This document shows, one piece after another, positions 15,995 to 23,999 of a stretch of DNA of 24,000 bases. The stretch comes from an uncultured Haloplasmataceae bacterium (lineage in GTDB: Bacteria; Bacillota_I; Bacilli_A; Haloplasmatales; Haloplasmataceae). The notes under the pieces are model-generated. The model was not told the DNA's origin. It did no database searches and was given only the letters and a program-made list of their open reading frames with translations. How positions within the stretch are numbered: position 1 is the stretch's first letter; each line of letters starts with the position of its first letter. Made by a program: the position numbers and the translations under genes. The stretch covers positions 587 through 24,586 of the forward strand of contig CALFRW010000151.1 of the NCBI GenBank assembly GCA_937919135.1, in the 5' to 3' direction.

Positions 15995-17812
15995 ATGAAA
16001 CAAAAAATAATTAATATTGCGGTAATTGCCCATGTGGACGCTGGTAAGTCAACTTTAGTTGACGCATTTCTTTCTCAAAGTGGTGTCTTTAGGGCTAATG
16101 AGGAAGTTCTCGAGCGCGTAATGGATAGTAATGATTTAGAACGTGAACGAGGAATAACTATTTATTCTAAGAATTGTTCAGTTATGTATAAGGATTACAA
16201 AATTAATATTGTCGATACCCCAGGACACGCTGATTTTTCCTCAGAAGTGGAAAGAATAATTAAAACAGTTGACACTGTTATATTATTAGTTGATGCAAGT
16301 GAAGGACCAATGCCACAAACACGTTTTGTTTTAAGCAAAGCGCTTGAATTAGGGCTTAAACCAATTTTATTAATTAACAAAATTGACAAAAGAGATGAAC
16401 GTGCAAATGAAGTTGTCGATATGGTCTTTAACCTCTTTATTGAATTAAATGCTAGCGATGAACAACTAGATTTCCCAATTCTTTATGGGATAGCTCGAGA
16501 TGGAATAGTTAAATCAGATTTAGATGAGGATAGCAATTCGATCGAGCCATTATTTAAAACAATAATTAACCAAGTCGGGCCATATCCTAATTATGATGCT
16601 AAACCATTACAACTTCAAATCTCTTCACTTGGATATGACGATTATATTGGAAGACTCGGTATCGGTAGGATTTATCAAGGTGTGATAAATAATAATCAGA
16701 TCGTTTCAATATGTACTAGTGAAGGAGTAGTAAAGAAAGTAAAAATAGGTCAAGTTTTTACCTATATAGGACTTAAGCGAATAGCCGTAGATAGTGCTAG
16801 TAGTGGTGATATCGTAGTTGTATCAGGAATTAGTGATATTTCGATTGGGGATGTAGTTTGCTTAGAAAATAACCCTTTACCATTAGAAAAAATCCAAATC
16901 GAAGAACCGACAATTTCAATGAATTTTTTAGTGAATAAATCACCATTTTCAGGACTTAGTGGTAAATATTTAACTTCAAGACATCTTAAAGGACGTTTAA
17001 AACGGGAATTAGAAGTTAATGTAGGACTTAAGGTTGAAGATTTAGAGGGTGTAGAAGGCTTTAAAGTATCTGGTAGAGGGGAACTACATTTATCGATTTT
17101 AATCGAGAATATGCGTCGTGAAGGTTATGAATTAGCGGTTTCTAAGCCCGAAGTTATTATGCATAAAGTAAATGATGATATATTAGAGCCGATTGAAGAA
17201 GTAGTCTGTAATGTTCCAGAAGCATATATTGGTGTTGTAATCACAAAATTAAATTTGCGTAAAGGAATTCTTATTAAAATGGATGTAGAAAGTGGTTATG
17301 CCAAAATGGAATATTTAGTTTCAACTCGTGGTTTATTAGGTTACCGGAGTGAGTTTATGAATGATACTCATGGTAAAGGGACATTAATTAGAAGATTTGT
17401 AAAATTTGATAAATATCACGGGGAAATACCGCAAAGAAATAATGGCGTTATGATTTCACAAACAACAGGAGAAGCGATGACATACTCTTTATTTAATTTA
17501 AGTGATAGAGGTCAAATAATAATCACACCAGGAACTAAAGTTTATGAAGGGATGATTATTGGTGTTTGCAGCAAAAACACTGATTTAACTGTTAATCCTT
17601 GTAAAAACAAAAAGCTTACCAATATGCGCTCAGCTAATAGTGACGAGGCAATGCGCTTAAGCAATCCTCAAAAATTTACACTTGAAGAAGCATTAGAATT
17701 TATCAATGACGATGAACTAGTTGAGATTACCCCCGATGATATTAGACTGAGAAAAAAATATTTATCTTTAAATGATAGAAGAAGAAATCGCAAAGAGTTT
17801 GTAATTGAATAG
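15995..17812 (+). CDS. typA: Translational GTPase TypA/BipA
   Basis: 605 aa. G motifs AHVDAGKST, DTPGH and NKID, followed by EF-G-like domains and the BipA-specific C-terminus. Confidence 0.9.
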   Translation: MKQKIINIAVIAHVDAGKSTLVDAFLSQSGVFRANEEVLERVMDSNDLERERGITIYSKNCSVMYKDYKINIVDTPGHADFSSEVERIIKTVDTVILLVDASEGPMPQTRFVLSKALELGLKPILLINKIDKRDERANEVVDMVFNLFIELNASDEQLDFPILYGIARDGIVKSDLDEDSNSIEPLFKTIINQVGPYPNYDAKPLQLQISSLGYDDYIGRLGIGRIYQGVINNNQIVSICTSEGVVKKVKIGQVFTYIGLKRIAVDSASSGDIVVVSGISDISIGDVVCLENNPLPLEKIQIEEPTISMNFLVNKSPFSGLSGKYLTSRHLKGRLKRELEVNVGLKVEDLEGVEGFKVSGRGELHLSILIENMRREGYELAVSKPEVIMHKVNDDILEPIEEVVCNVPEAYIGVVITKLNLRKGILIKMDVESGYAKMEYLVSTRGLLGYRSEFMNDTHGKGTLIRRFVKFDKYHGEIPQRNNGVMISQTTGEAMTYSLFNLSDRGQIIITPGTKVYEGMIIGVCSKNTDLTVNPCKNKKLTNMRSANSDEAMRLSNPQKFTLEEALEFINDDELVEITPDDIRLRKKYLSLNDRRRNRKEFVIE

Positions 17813-17819
17813 TCATACA

Positions 17820-17828
17820 TGGTATAAT
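17820..17828 (+). promoter_or_regulatory. Extended -10 element (TGgTATAAT) upstream of the M3 peptidase gene
   Basis: TGGTATAAT lies 8 nt after the typA stop and about 35 nt before the peptidase ATG. No terminator is visible after typA. Confidence 0.4.
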
Positions 17829-17863
17829 AAATATTGTTAATGTTAAAAAACGGGAGGAAAAGG

Positions 17864-19558
17864 ATGAAGTTTGAAGATTTTAAGTATGTACGTCCGAGTA
17901 TGGATGAAGTAAAAACCAGGTTTGATAAATTATTAAAACAGTTTGAAGCAGCAGATAATTTCACTGAAGTAGACAAAATAATGAGTGATATTATCAAATT
18001 ACGTAATGAATTTGAAACTATGCAAACTTTAGTTAGTATAAGACATTCTATTAATACTGTTGATGAGTTTTATGAAAAAGAAATGGAATTCTTTAACGAA
18101 AACGTTCCTTTATATCAAGAAGAGGTTAGTAAATATTATCAATGTTTACTAAATTCTAAATTCAAAAATGAACTCGAAGAAAAATGGGGAACTCATTTAT
18201 TCAATATTGCAGAATTAGCATTAAAAACATTTTCAAAAGAAATTATTGAAGAGCTTCAAAAAGAAAACAAATTATCCAGCAATTATCAAAAACTAATTGC
18301 ATCAGCTAAAATAATGTTTGAAGGTGAAGAGCGAAATTTATCACAAATGGCACCATTTACCCAATCACTAGACCGCTCGATGCGTAAAAAGGCACAATTA
18401 GCTATTACCGACTTTTTTCTAGAAAATGAAGCCAAATTTGATGAAATATACGATGAACTAGTCCATGTTCGTAATAATATGGCAAAAAAATTAGGCTATG
18501 ATAACTATGTCAAATTAGGGTATGACAGATTATCTCGTACTGATTATGATGTAAATATGGTCGCTAACTATCGGAAACAGGTATTAGAGGATTTAGTACC
18601 TGTAGCACAAAAATTATTAAATCGACAAGCAAAACGCTTGGGAGTGGAAAGCTTAAAGTATTATGATGAAGGATTAAGATTTTTATCAGGAAATGCCAAA
18701 CCTAAAGGCGATGAACCATGGTTAGTTAATAACGCGAAACAAATGTATCATGAATTATCACCTGAAACCGATGAATTTTTTACCCTTATGACAGAGAACA
18801 ATTTAATGGATTTAGTAGCGAAAAAGGGAAAAGCAGGTGGAGGTTATTGTACGTTTATTAATAATTATAAATCACCATTTATCTTTGCTAATTTTAATGG
18901 AACAAGTGGTGATGTTGATGTTTTAACGCATGAAGCAGGTCATGCTTTCCAAGTTTATAATAGTAGAGAATATGAAGTTCCTGAATACACTTGGCCAACT
19001 TATGAGGCTTGTGAAATCCACTCAATGAGTATGGAATTTCTTACTTGGCCGTGGATGAAGCTTTTCTTTCAAGAAGATGAAGCAAAATATAAGTTTGCTC
19101 ATCTAAATGATGCACTACTGTTTATACCATATGGTGTTTTAGTTGATGAATTTCAACATTTTGTATACGAGAACCCTAATGTTTCACCACAAGAAAGAAA
19201 AGCTAAATGGCGTGAAATTGAGAAGAAGTATCTACCACATAAGGATTATGAGGATAATGATTTTTATAATCGGGGTGGTTATTGGTTTAGACAAGGTCAT
19301 ATATTTGGTACACCATTTTATTATATTGATTACACGCTTGCACAGGTCTGTGCTTTTCAATATTGGGTTAAATCTCGTGAAAATCGCGAGCAAGCTTGGG
19401 ACAGTTATCTAAAACTATGTAAATTAGGAGGAACCAAACCTTTCCTAGAATTAGCAAAACTTGCAGGATTACAGAATCCCTTTGAAGATGGTAGTATAAA
19501 ATCAGTTATTGAACCAATTGAGGCATATCTAAATCAAGTAGATGATGCAAAACTCTAA
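17864..19558 (+). CDS. M3-family oligoendopeptidase (PepF-like)
   Basis: HEAGHAF zinc motif (HExxH) with a downstream E (YEACEIHS). I prefer the ATG at 17864, which has SD GGGAGG at 6 nt, over the track start at 17834. Confidence 0.8.
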   Translation: MKFEDFKYVRPSMDEVKTRFDKLLKQFEAADNFTEVDKIMSDIIKLRNEFETMQTLVSIRHSINTVDEFYEKEMEFFNENVPLYQEEVSKYYQCLLNSKFKNELEEKWGTHLFNIAELALKTFSKEIIEELQKENKLSSNYQKLIASAKIMFEGEERNLSQMAPFTQSLDRSMRKKAQLAITDFFLENEAKFDEIYDELVHVRNNMAKKLGYDNYVKLGYDRLSRTDYDVNMVANYRKQVLEDLVPVAQKLLNRQAKRLGVESLKYYDEGLRFLSGNAKPKGDEPWLVNNAKQMYHELSPETDEFFTLMTENNLMDLVAKKGKAGGGYCTFINNYKSPFIFANFNGTSGDVDVLTHEAGHAFQVYNSREYEVPEYTWPTYEACEIHSMSMEFLTWPWMKLFFQEDEAKYKFAHLNDALLFIPYGVLVDEFQHFVYENPNVSPQERKAKWREIEKKYLPHKDYEDNDFYNRGGYWFRQGHIFGTPFYYIDYTLAQVCAFQYWVKSRENREQAWDSYLKLCKLGGTKPFLELAKLAGLQNPFEDGSIKSVIEPIEAYLNQVDDAKL

Positions 19559-19564
19559 GATAAC

Positions 19565-19595
19565 AAAAGGTAACTCATTTGAGTTACCTTTTTTG
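19565..19595 (+). terminator. Intrinsic terminator after the peptidase gene
   Basis: AAAAGGTAACTC-ATTT-GAGTTACCTTTT forms a perfect 12-bp stem followed by a T-run. Confidence 0.85.
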
Positions 19596-19700
19596 AGGAG
19601 TGCAGTGTATTGAGAATCTCAATATATAATATTATAAAATATAATTTTTGCATAGATTTTTATGTAGGATCGGAAAAAATGTATTTTTGTTTATTTTAAT

Positions 19701-19729
19701 TTGACATAATTGCTTCAATATTATAATAT
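19701..19729 (+). promoter_or_regulatory. Sigma-A-type promoter for the GNAT leader
   Basis: Perfect -35 TTGACA (19701-19706). TATAAT/TAATAT-like hexamers lie 15-17 nt downstream (19722-19729). Confidence 0.5.
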
Positions 19730-19734
19730 AATTA

Positions 19735-19905
19735 ATATAAATTAACGTGAAGTAGGTAACTTGAGTAATTTAGTTGAAATTTTTACTGAAAAACATTAAT
19801 AGAACTGGGACTTGTTTAGGATCAATTGGTCATAAACGGTACGAAAGTATCATGTGTAAACGTAAGTACTCTAACTCTATAACAGGGGTTAGAGTATTTT
19901 TATTT
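19735..19905 (+). promoter_or_regulatory. Unclassified ~170-nt 5' leader ending in an intrinsic terminator (candidate riboswitch or attenuator)
   Basis: The terminator pairs AGTACTCTAAC (19865-19875) with GTTAGAGTATT (19888-19898), then TTTTATTTT, ending 3 nt before the SD AGGAGGTGG. Upstream there is a GGUAC-GAAA-GUAUC GNRA hairpin (19838-19851). Confidence 0.5.
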
Positions 19906-19919
19906 TAGGAGGTGGTAAA

Positions 19920-20750
19920 TTGCATGATAAACTTGAAATGATCGGTTCTTCTTTAATACAACATGGGAAATATAATGATCGAATTTATTTACTTGATTTT
20001 AATCCTCTCGATTTAGCTAAATTATTTAATCGTTTTAATGAATTAGTTAAAAAAAATAATTATGCAAAAATTGTTGCTAAAGTACCAGAAAACTACAAAA
20101 ACAATTTTATTAATAAAGGTTATATTGAAGAAGCAAAAATACCTAATTATTATAATGGCGAAGTGGATTTATTTTTCTTAGCAAAATATCATGAGCTAGA
20201 GCGAAAAAAAGAAAAAGAGAAAAATAAAGCTAAGCAGATTATTCAAATCGCGAAGCATAAAAGAAATGAAAATAGTTTTATAATTGATAAAACATTAGCA
20301 TATAAAATACTTGATGAAAAAGATATAGGGAATATGATTGAATTATATAAAAGAGTGTTTAAGACATATCCCTTTCCGATTTTTGAAAGCGATTATCTTA
20401 AACAAACAATGAATGAAAATATTATTTATTTTGGTGTATTTAAGGCAGGGGTTTTAATTGGCATTTCAGCTTGTGAAATAAACTATAATAAATCAGTAGT
20501 TGAAATGACAGATTTTGCGGTATTAAAGAACTATCGTGGGAAGCAGATTTCGCTTTTTTTATTACACAAGATGGAAGCATATATGAGAAAATTACAGATT
20601 AAAAAAGCATATACCATGGCTCGATCACTATCGTATGGAATGAATATTGCTTTTTCTAAAATGGGGTATAATTATTCAGGAACGGTTATTAATAATGCGA
20701 ATATATCTGGTGCAATTGAGAGCCTAAATATTTGGCATAAAGATTTATAG
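19920..20750 (+). CDS. GNAT acetyltransferase with an N-terminal extension, resembling putative beta-lysine N-acetyltransferase (AblB/YodP-like)
   Basis: TTG start 6 nt after GGAGG. The N-terminal IGSSLIQHGKYNDRIYLL resembles my memory of the AblB family. The C-terminal half has a GNAT acetyl-CoA motif (VLKNYRGKQISLFLL). No lysine 2,3-aminomutase gene is adjacent. Confidence 0.55.
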   Translation: MHDKLEMIGSSLIQHGKYNDRIYLLDFNPLDLAKLFNRFNELVKKNNYAKIVAKVPENYKNNFINKGYIEEAKIPNYYNGEVDLFFLAKYHELERKKEKEKNKAKQIIQIAKHKRNENSFIIDKTLAYKILDEKDIGNMIELYKRVFKTYPFPIFESDYLKQTMNENIIYFGVFKAGVLIGISACEINYNKSVVEMTDFAVLKNYRGKQISLFLLHKMEAYMRKLQIKKAYTMARSLSYGMNIAFSKMGYNYSGTVINNANISGAIESLNIWHKDL

Positions 20751-21434
20751 AAAATGAAAAACAAATATATAGACAAGTACAGTGAATAGGACACTTGATA
20801 AGGTACCAATTAAATAATATTCTGAAAATGCAGGTTCATCATTAATTCTTTTATAGCGAGCGATTGACTTAGCTGTAAAAATTAAGCCAATTGAAGTATA
20901 GAGGGTATTAATCAGGCAAATTAAGATTAAAATTCTTTCTAAAACCCCAATTGTTGCACCGGCATTTTTAAATGTTTGATCAATTTCATCCTTATCTTCT
21001 GGTTTAAATTGCTTAAAGAGCATCTTGAATAAGACATTACATGGTAACCCAATAAGTAGTAAACTAAGGACAATTTTAAAAAATGTTTGATTATTAGTGA
21101 TAAAACTATATTCATATGTTAAATACTGATCAACGAATAAAATAATAAAAAATTGAAGTATTTGCTCGCTAATAAACAATAAGTTCTTTTTAGAGGTGCG
21201 AGTGTAAAAATAGTAGTACAACATATGAATGAAATAATGCGAAATACCTAAAATAAGGTAAACTACAAATAATTTTAGATTAAACTGAAAAACAAGTAGT
21301 AGTAATAGTAGGGTTTGATAGACTAAAGAACTATAGAAAATTTGTTTTAATTGAAGGTTTTTATTGTTGAAAATGTAATAATTAGACAGTAAATAAATAA
21401 TTAAAATTAAAATCCCAATTTCCATTATCCTCAT
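20745..21434 (-). CDS. DUF3307 (SatE-like) integral membrane protein
   Basis: 229 aa and polytopic. The NAGATIGVLERILI...AKSIARY...SEYYLIGTLSS block is typical of DUF3307. The start overlaps the satD-like stop (ATGA). Confidence 0.65.
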   Translation of the reverse strand: MRIMEIGILILIIYLLSNYYIFNNKNLQLKQIFYSSLVYQTLLLLLLVFQFNLKLFVVYLILGISHYFIHMLYYYFYTRTSKKNLLFISEQILQFFIILFVDQYLTYEYSFITNNQTFFKIVLSLLLIGLPCNVLFKMLFKQFKPEDKDEIDQTFKNAGATIGVLERILILICLINTLYTSIGLIFTAKSIARYKRINDEPAFSEYYLIGTLSSVLFTVLVYIFVFHFL

Positions 21435-22087
21435 CCTTTATATAAAATTTTCGCAATCGTTTGTTGCGCATAAACTAAATCATAAAATAATGAGAGTTTA
21501 AGTTTTTTGTTTATATTTACAGGGCTTAAACCAATCTCATTTGCTACTTGTTTTTGAATAAAATTATCTGTTAAACCATATTTAAGGATTATATAATCAA
21601 TGACAGCCATTTGGTCTTTTGTCCAGTTATTTTTTATTGAATGACAAAAGCTTAAGTTGATATTTAATAAATCTAAGATATTATCGTCCTTAATTCCAGC
21701 AATTTTAACATTGGAAACAAGTTTTAGTCCCTTACGGTTGTTTTTTAAATCACTAATCATATCTCTGGCGTTCCACCATGCAGGTCCATCAGAACCGATA
21801 GATGCCTTGTTGTTAATATTTGTAATTATTTCTCCAATCCCAATACCGAATCTGATTTTATATGGTCGCATAATTGCTTCAAGTTTATTAATAATTTCGA
21901 ATAAATTACGAGGGGTTTTTAATAATCCTTGAAATTCGTCTCCGAGCGTAATAATAAAATTAGCTGCGATATCATTTTTATAATAAAGATTGATTTCTTC
22001 AAGAAACAACTTTAACTTTTCTTGAGTTTCTAAACGATCATTTATTTTCTTTGAATTAATTATATCACCAATTATGGCGTAATACAT
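21431..22087 (-). CDS. SatD-family protein: cyclase/GGDEF-like N-terminal motifs plus a C-terminal HTH
   Basis: 218 aa. The N-terminus MYYAIIGDIINSKKIND...ITLGDEFQGLL is typical of the SatD family (Streptococcus sat locus). The C-terminal QVANEIGLSPVNINKKLK looks like an HTH. Confidence 0.65.
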   Translation of the reverse strand: MYYAIIGDIINSKKINDRLETQEKLKLFLEEINLYYKNDIAANFIITLGDEFQGLLKTPRNLFEIINKLEAIMRPYKIRFGIGIGEIITNINNKASIGSDGPAWWNARDMISDLKNNRKGLKLVSNVKIAGIKDDNILDLLNINLSFCHSIKNNWTKDQMAVIDYIILKYGLTDNFIQKQVANEIGLSPVNINKKLKLSLFYDLVYAQQTIAKILYKG

Positions 22088-22136
22088 AACTATTCCACCT
22101 TTCTTTTTCGATTATAACACACAAAAATTAACCCTG

Positions 22137-22165
22137 CAAGGTAAATATCTAGAAAATTTACCTTG
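22137..22165. promoter_or_regulatory. Perfect 10-bp inverted repeat (candidate operator) overlapping the satD-like promoter -35
   Basis: CAAGGTAAAT-N9-ATTTACCTTG. On the minus strand the promoter reads TTGCAG-17 nt-TATAAT with a TG extension (plus-strand 22111-22140), so the left arm overlaps the -35. Confidence 0.5.
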
Positions 22166-22250
22166 TAGAGGTAATTTATTTATTTTTAACTTAATCAAGT
22201 TAATCACAATATTATTCTTCTAGATATTATGAAAAAAGTTAATCAGTACC

Positions 22251-22279
22251 TTGCTAGGCAATATACCTTGTGATATAAT
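22251..22279 (+). promoter_or_regulatory. padR operon promoter (TTGCTA-17 nt-TGaTATAAT)
   Basis: -35 TTGCTA (22251-22256) and extended -10 TGATATAAT (22271-22279). Two direct TACCTTG copies (22247-22253 and 22264-22270) overlap the -35 and the spacer. Confidence 0.6.
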
Positions 22280-22296
22280 AATCCAAGGAGGTATAC

Positions 22297-22644
22297 ATGA
22301 ATATACAATTTAAAAAAGGTGTCCTAGAGTTATGCGTGCTTTCGATTCTAGAGCAAAAAAATTGTTATGGATATGAGTTGGTTAATAAAATTTCTCATAG
22401 TATTTCGGTTAGCGAAGGAACCATCTATCCACTACTATCTAGATTGAAGAAAGAAGGTTATGTAACAACGTATTTAAAGGAATCGCAAGAAGGACCGATG
22501 CGAAAGTATTATAAATTAACAAATACCGGTCAAGATGTTTTGGCTAAATTAAAACGAGAGTGGTATAGCTTTATCAAAGCGGTGAATCATATTTTGAAGG
22601 GAAGTGATATTGGTGAACAAGGCGCAATATATACAACTATTTAA
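22297..22644 (+). CDS. PadR-family transcriptional regulator
   Basis: The wHTH signature [10 protein letters not shown]...[18 protein letters not shown]...[10 protein letters not shown] is canonical PadR. SD AAGGAGG upstream. Confidence 0.9.
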   Translation: MNIQFKKGVLELCVLSILEQKNCYGYELVNKISHSISVSEGTIYPLLSRLKKEGYVTTYLKESQEGPMRKYYKLTNTGQDVLAKLKREWYSFIKAVNHILKGSDIGEQGAIYTTI

Positions 22645-23188
22645 AGAACAATTAAAAGGATTGCCAGAACGCGATCTCGAAGAATTAATTTATGATTATG
22701 AGGAACATTTTACGATTGGATTAAGTGAAGGTCGAAGTGAAGCCGAAATAGCAGATTCATTAGGTAATCCTAAAACTTTAGCTAAAGAGATGAAAGCAAA
22801 TTATCGTATTAGTATAGTAGAGGAAACTTTTACTTTTAATAATTTTTACCGCGCATTATTTGCGACGATTGGCTTAGGTTTCCTAAATTTACTCTTTATA
22901 TTAGGACCTTTTATCGGAATTGCAGTTTCATTATTTGCGATATTTGTGTCGGGAATTGCGATTATTGGCAGTGGACTCTTTGTCATTATAGCGTCCTTTT
23001 TGCCTATGCTATTTCATAATGTACCCGATCCATTATTAGCAATTTTCGTTGGATTAGCACTCGGATCGTTAGGTGGATTATGGACGATAGCTTCGTGGTA
23101 TTTAAATAAGTATTTTTATCTTATAACGATAAAGTATCTAAAATTTAATGTTAAGATTATTTCGAATAGGAGAATGAATAATGACTAA
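22604..23188 (+). CDS. DUF1700 (HAAS-type, PadR-associated) membrane protein
   Basis: The N-terminal [46 protein letters not shown] is typical of DUF1700, followed by TM helices. The start is uncertain: GTG 22604, TTG 22610 or GTG 22613 (SD GAAGGGA). The gene overlaps the padR 3' end. Confidence 0.75.
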   Translation: MILVNKAQYIQLFKEQLKGLPERDLEELIYDYEEHFTIGLSEGRSEAEIADSLGNPKTLAKEMKANYRISIVEETFTFNNFYRALFATIGLGFLNLLFILGPFIGIAVSLFAIFVSGIAIIGSGLFVIIASFLPMLFHNVPDPLLAIFVGLALGSLGGLWTIASWYLNKYFYLITIKYLKFNVKIISNRRMNND

Positions 23189-23999
23189 AAAAATAGTTAT
23201 TGGTTTAATATGTCTTTTTGTTGTTTCGTTAATTGGTGCGGGTATTGTTTATGCAACTAATGAAGATGCTGATTTATTTCAAACAATTACGGTTAATAAA
23301 GAAAAGAGTTATTCAATTGAAAATGTAAATAAAATTAAAATTGGGACAGCAAGTGCCGATTTAAAAATCCATTTAGTTGATGGTGATGAAGTATCTTTAA
23401 AATATCATGGTAAGATAAATTGTTTATTATGTAATATTAACAATAAACTTGAAACAAATAAAAAAGGTGATACAATAACATTTGAGCCTTCAAGTAGTAA
23501 TATTGGACTTGTGGTTTATTCTAATTTAATCATGGACTTATATTTACCTAAAGAATATCAAGAAAGTATTATTATCGATGTCATGTCATCTGATATATAC
23601 TTAGAAAATTTAAGTTTAAAAAAGCTTTCTATTGAAACCGTTTCCGGGGATATCGAGCTTAAAGATATTATTACTAAGGAAGAATTAAGCTTAAATACAG
23701 TGTCTGGAGATATTGAACTGGAAAAAATTAGCGCAAATATCGTTTTTGATACAACATCAGGTAATGTTGAAGCATGGGAAATTGCGGGTAACTTCATTGG
23801 TGAAACAGTATCAGGAGATGTCGAAGTAAGTATTATTAATGATAATTTTATCACTGATATTGCGACTGTATCTGGTGATGTAATCGTCGCTTTAAAAGAA
23901 AATGTCGATTTTGATTTTACCATTAATACAGTATCAGGAGATATTGAGATAAAATATCGCTATTTAGTTAATAAATATAATGATGATGATAAAGTAGCG
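23181..23999 (+). CDS. DUF4097 (LiaG/YvlB-like putative beta-helix 'adhesin' domain) protein with an N-terminal TM anchor; 3'-truncated by the window edge
   Basis: Not in the ORF track because no stop is reached. ATG at 23181 (SD AGGAGA) overlaps the DUF1700 stop. My hand translation is open to the window end. The TM is IVIGLICLFVVSLIGAGIV, followed by periodic TVSGDIE/VSGDVE repeats about every 20 aa. Confidence 0.75.
   Translation, partial: MTKKIVIGLICLFVVSLIGAGIVYATNEDADLFQTITVNKEKSYSIENVNKIKIGTASADLKIHLVDGDEVSLKYHGKINCLLCNINNKLETNKKGDTITFEPSSSNIGLVVYSNLIMDLYLPKEYQESIIIDVMSSDIYLENLSLKKLSIETVSGDIELKDIITKEELSLNTVSGDIELEKISANIVFDTTSGNVEAWEIAGNFIGETVSGDVEVSIINDNFITDIATVSGDVIVALKENVDFDFTINTVSGDIEIKYRYLVNKYNDDDKVA

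Noticed and set aside
16195-19412. ORFs 16195..16389(-), 17668..17997(-) and 19143..19412(+)
   Set aside because: They are antisense or out-of-frame within typA and the M3 peptidase gene, both strongly supported CDSs. Their translations are low-complexity.
19735-19905. Classification of the GNAT leader as a T-box or lysine (L-box) riboswitch
   Set aside because: There is no T-box 14-mer (AAnnnGGGUGGUACCGCG-like; the nearest is CAATTGGTCATAAACGGTACG, a poor match), no AGAGA or GNUGNA stem-I elements, and no L-box AGAGGCGC/GGUGCC cores. The leader is left unclassified.
21657-21932. ORF 21657..21932(+) antisense to the satD-like gene
   Set aside because: It lies inside the SatD-family CDS with no SD. 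It is a shadow ORF.
23558-23923. ORF 23558..23923(-) with repeated SPDTV motifs
   Set aside because: It is the reverse-complement shadow of the periodic VSGDI/VSGDV repeats of the plus-strand DUF4097 gene. That gene has an SD, an ATG, a TM anchor and a recognisable domain. The repeat periodicity explains the open antisense frame.
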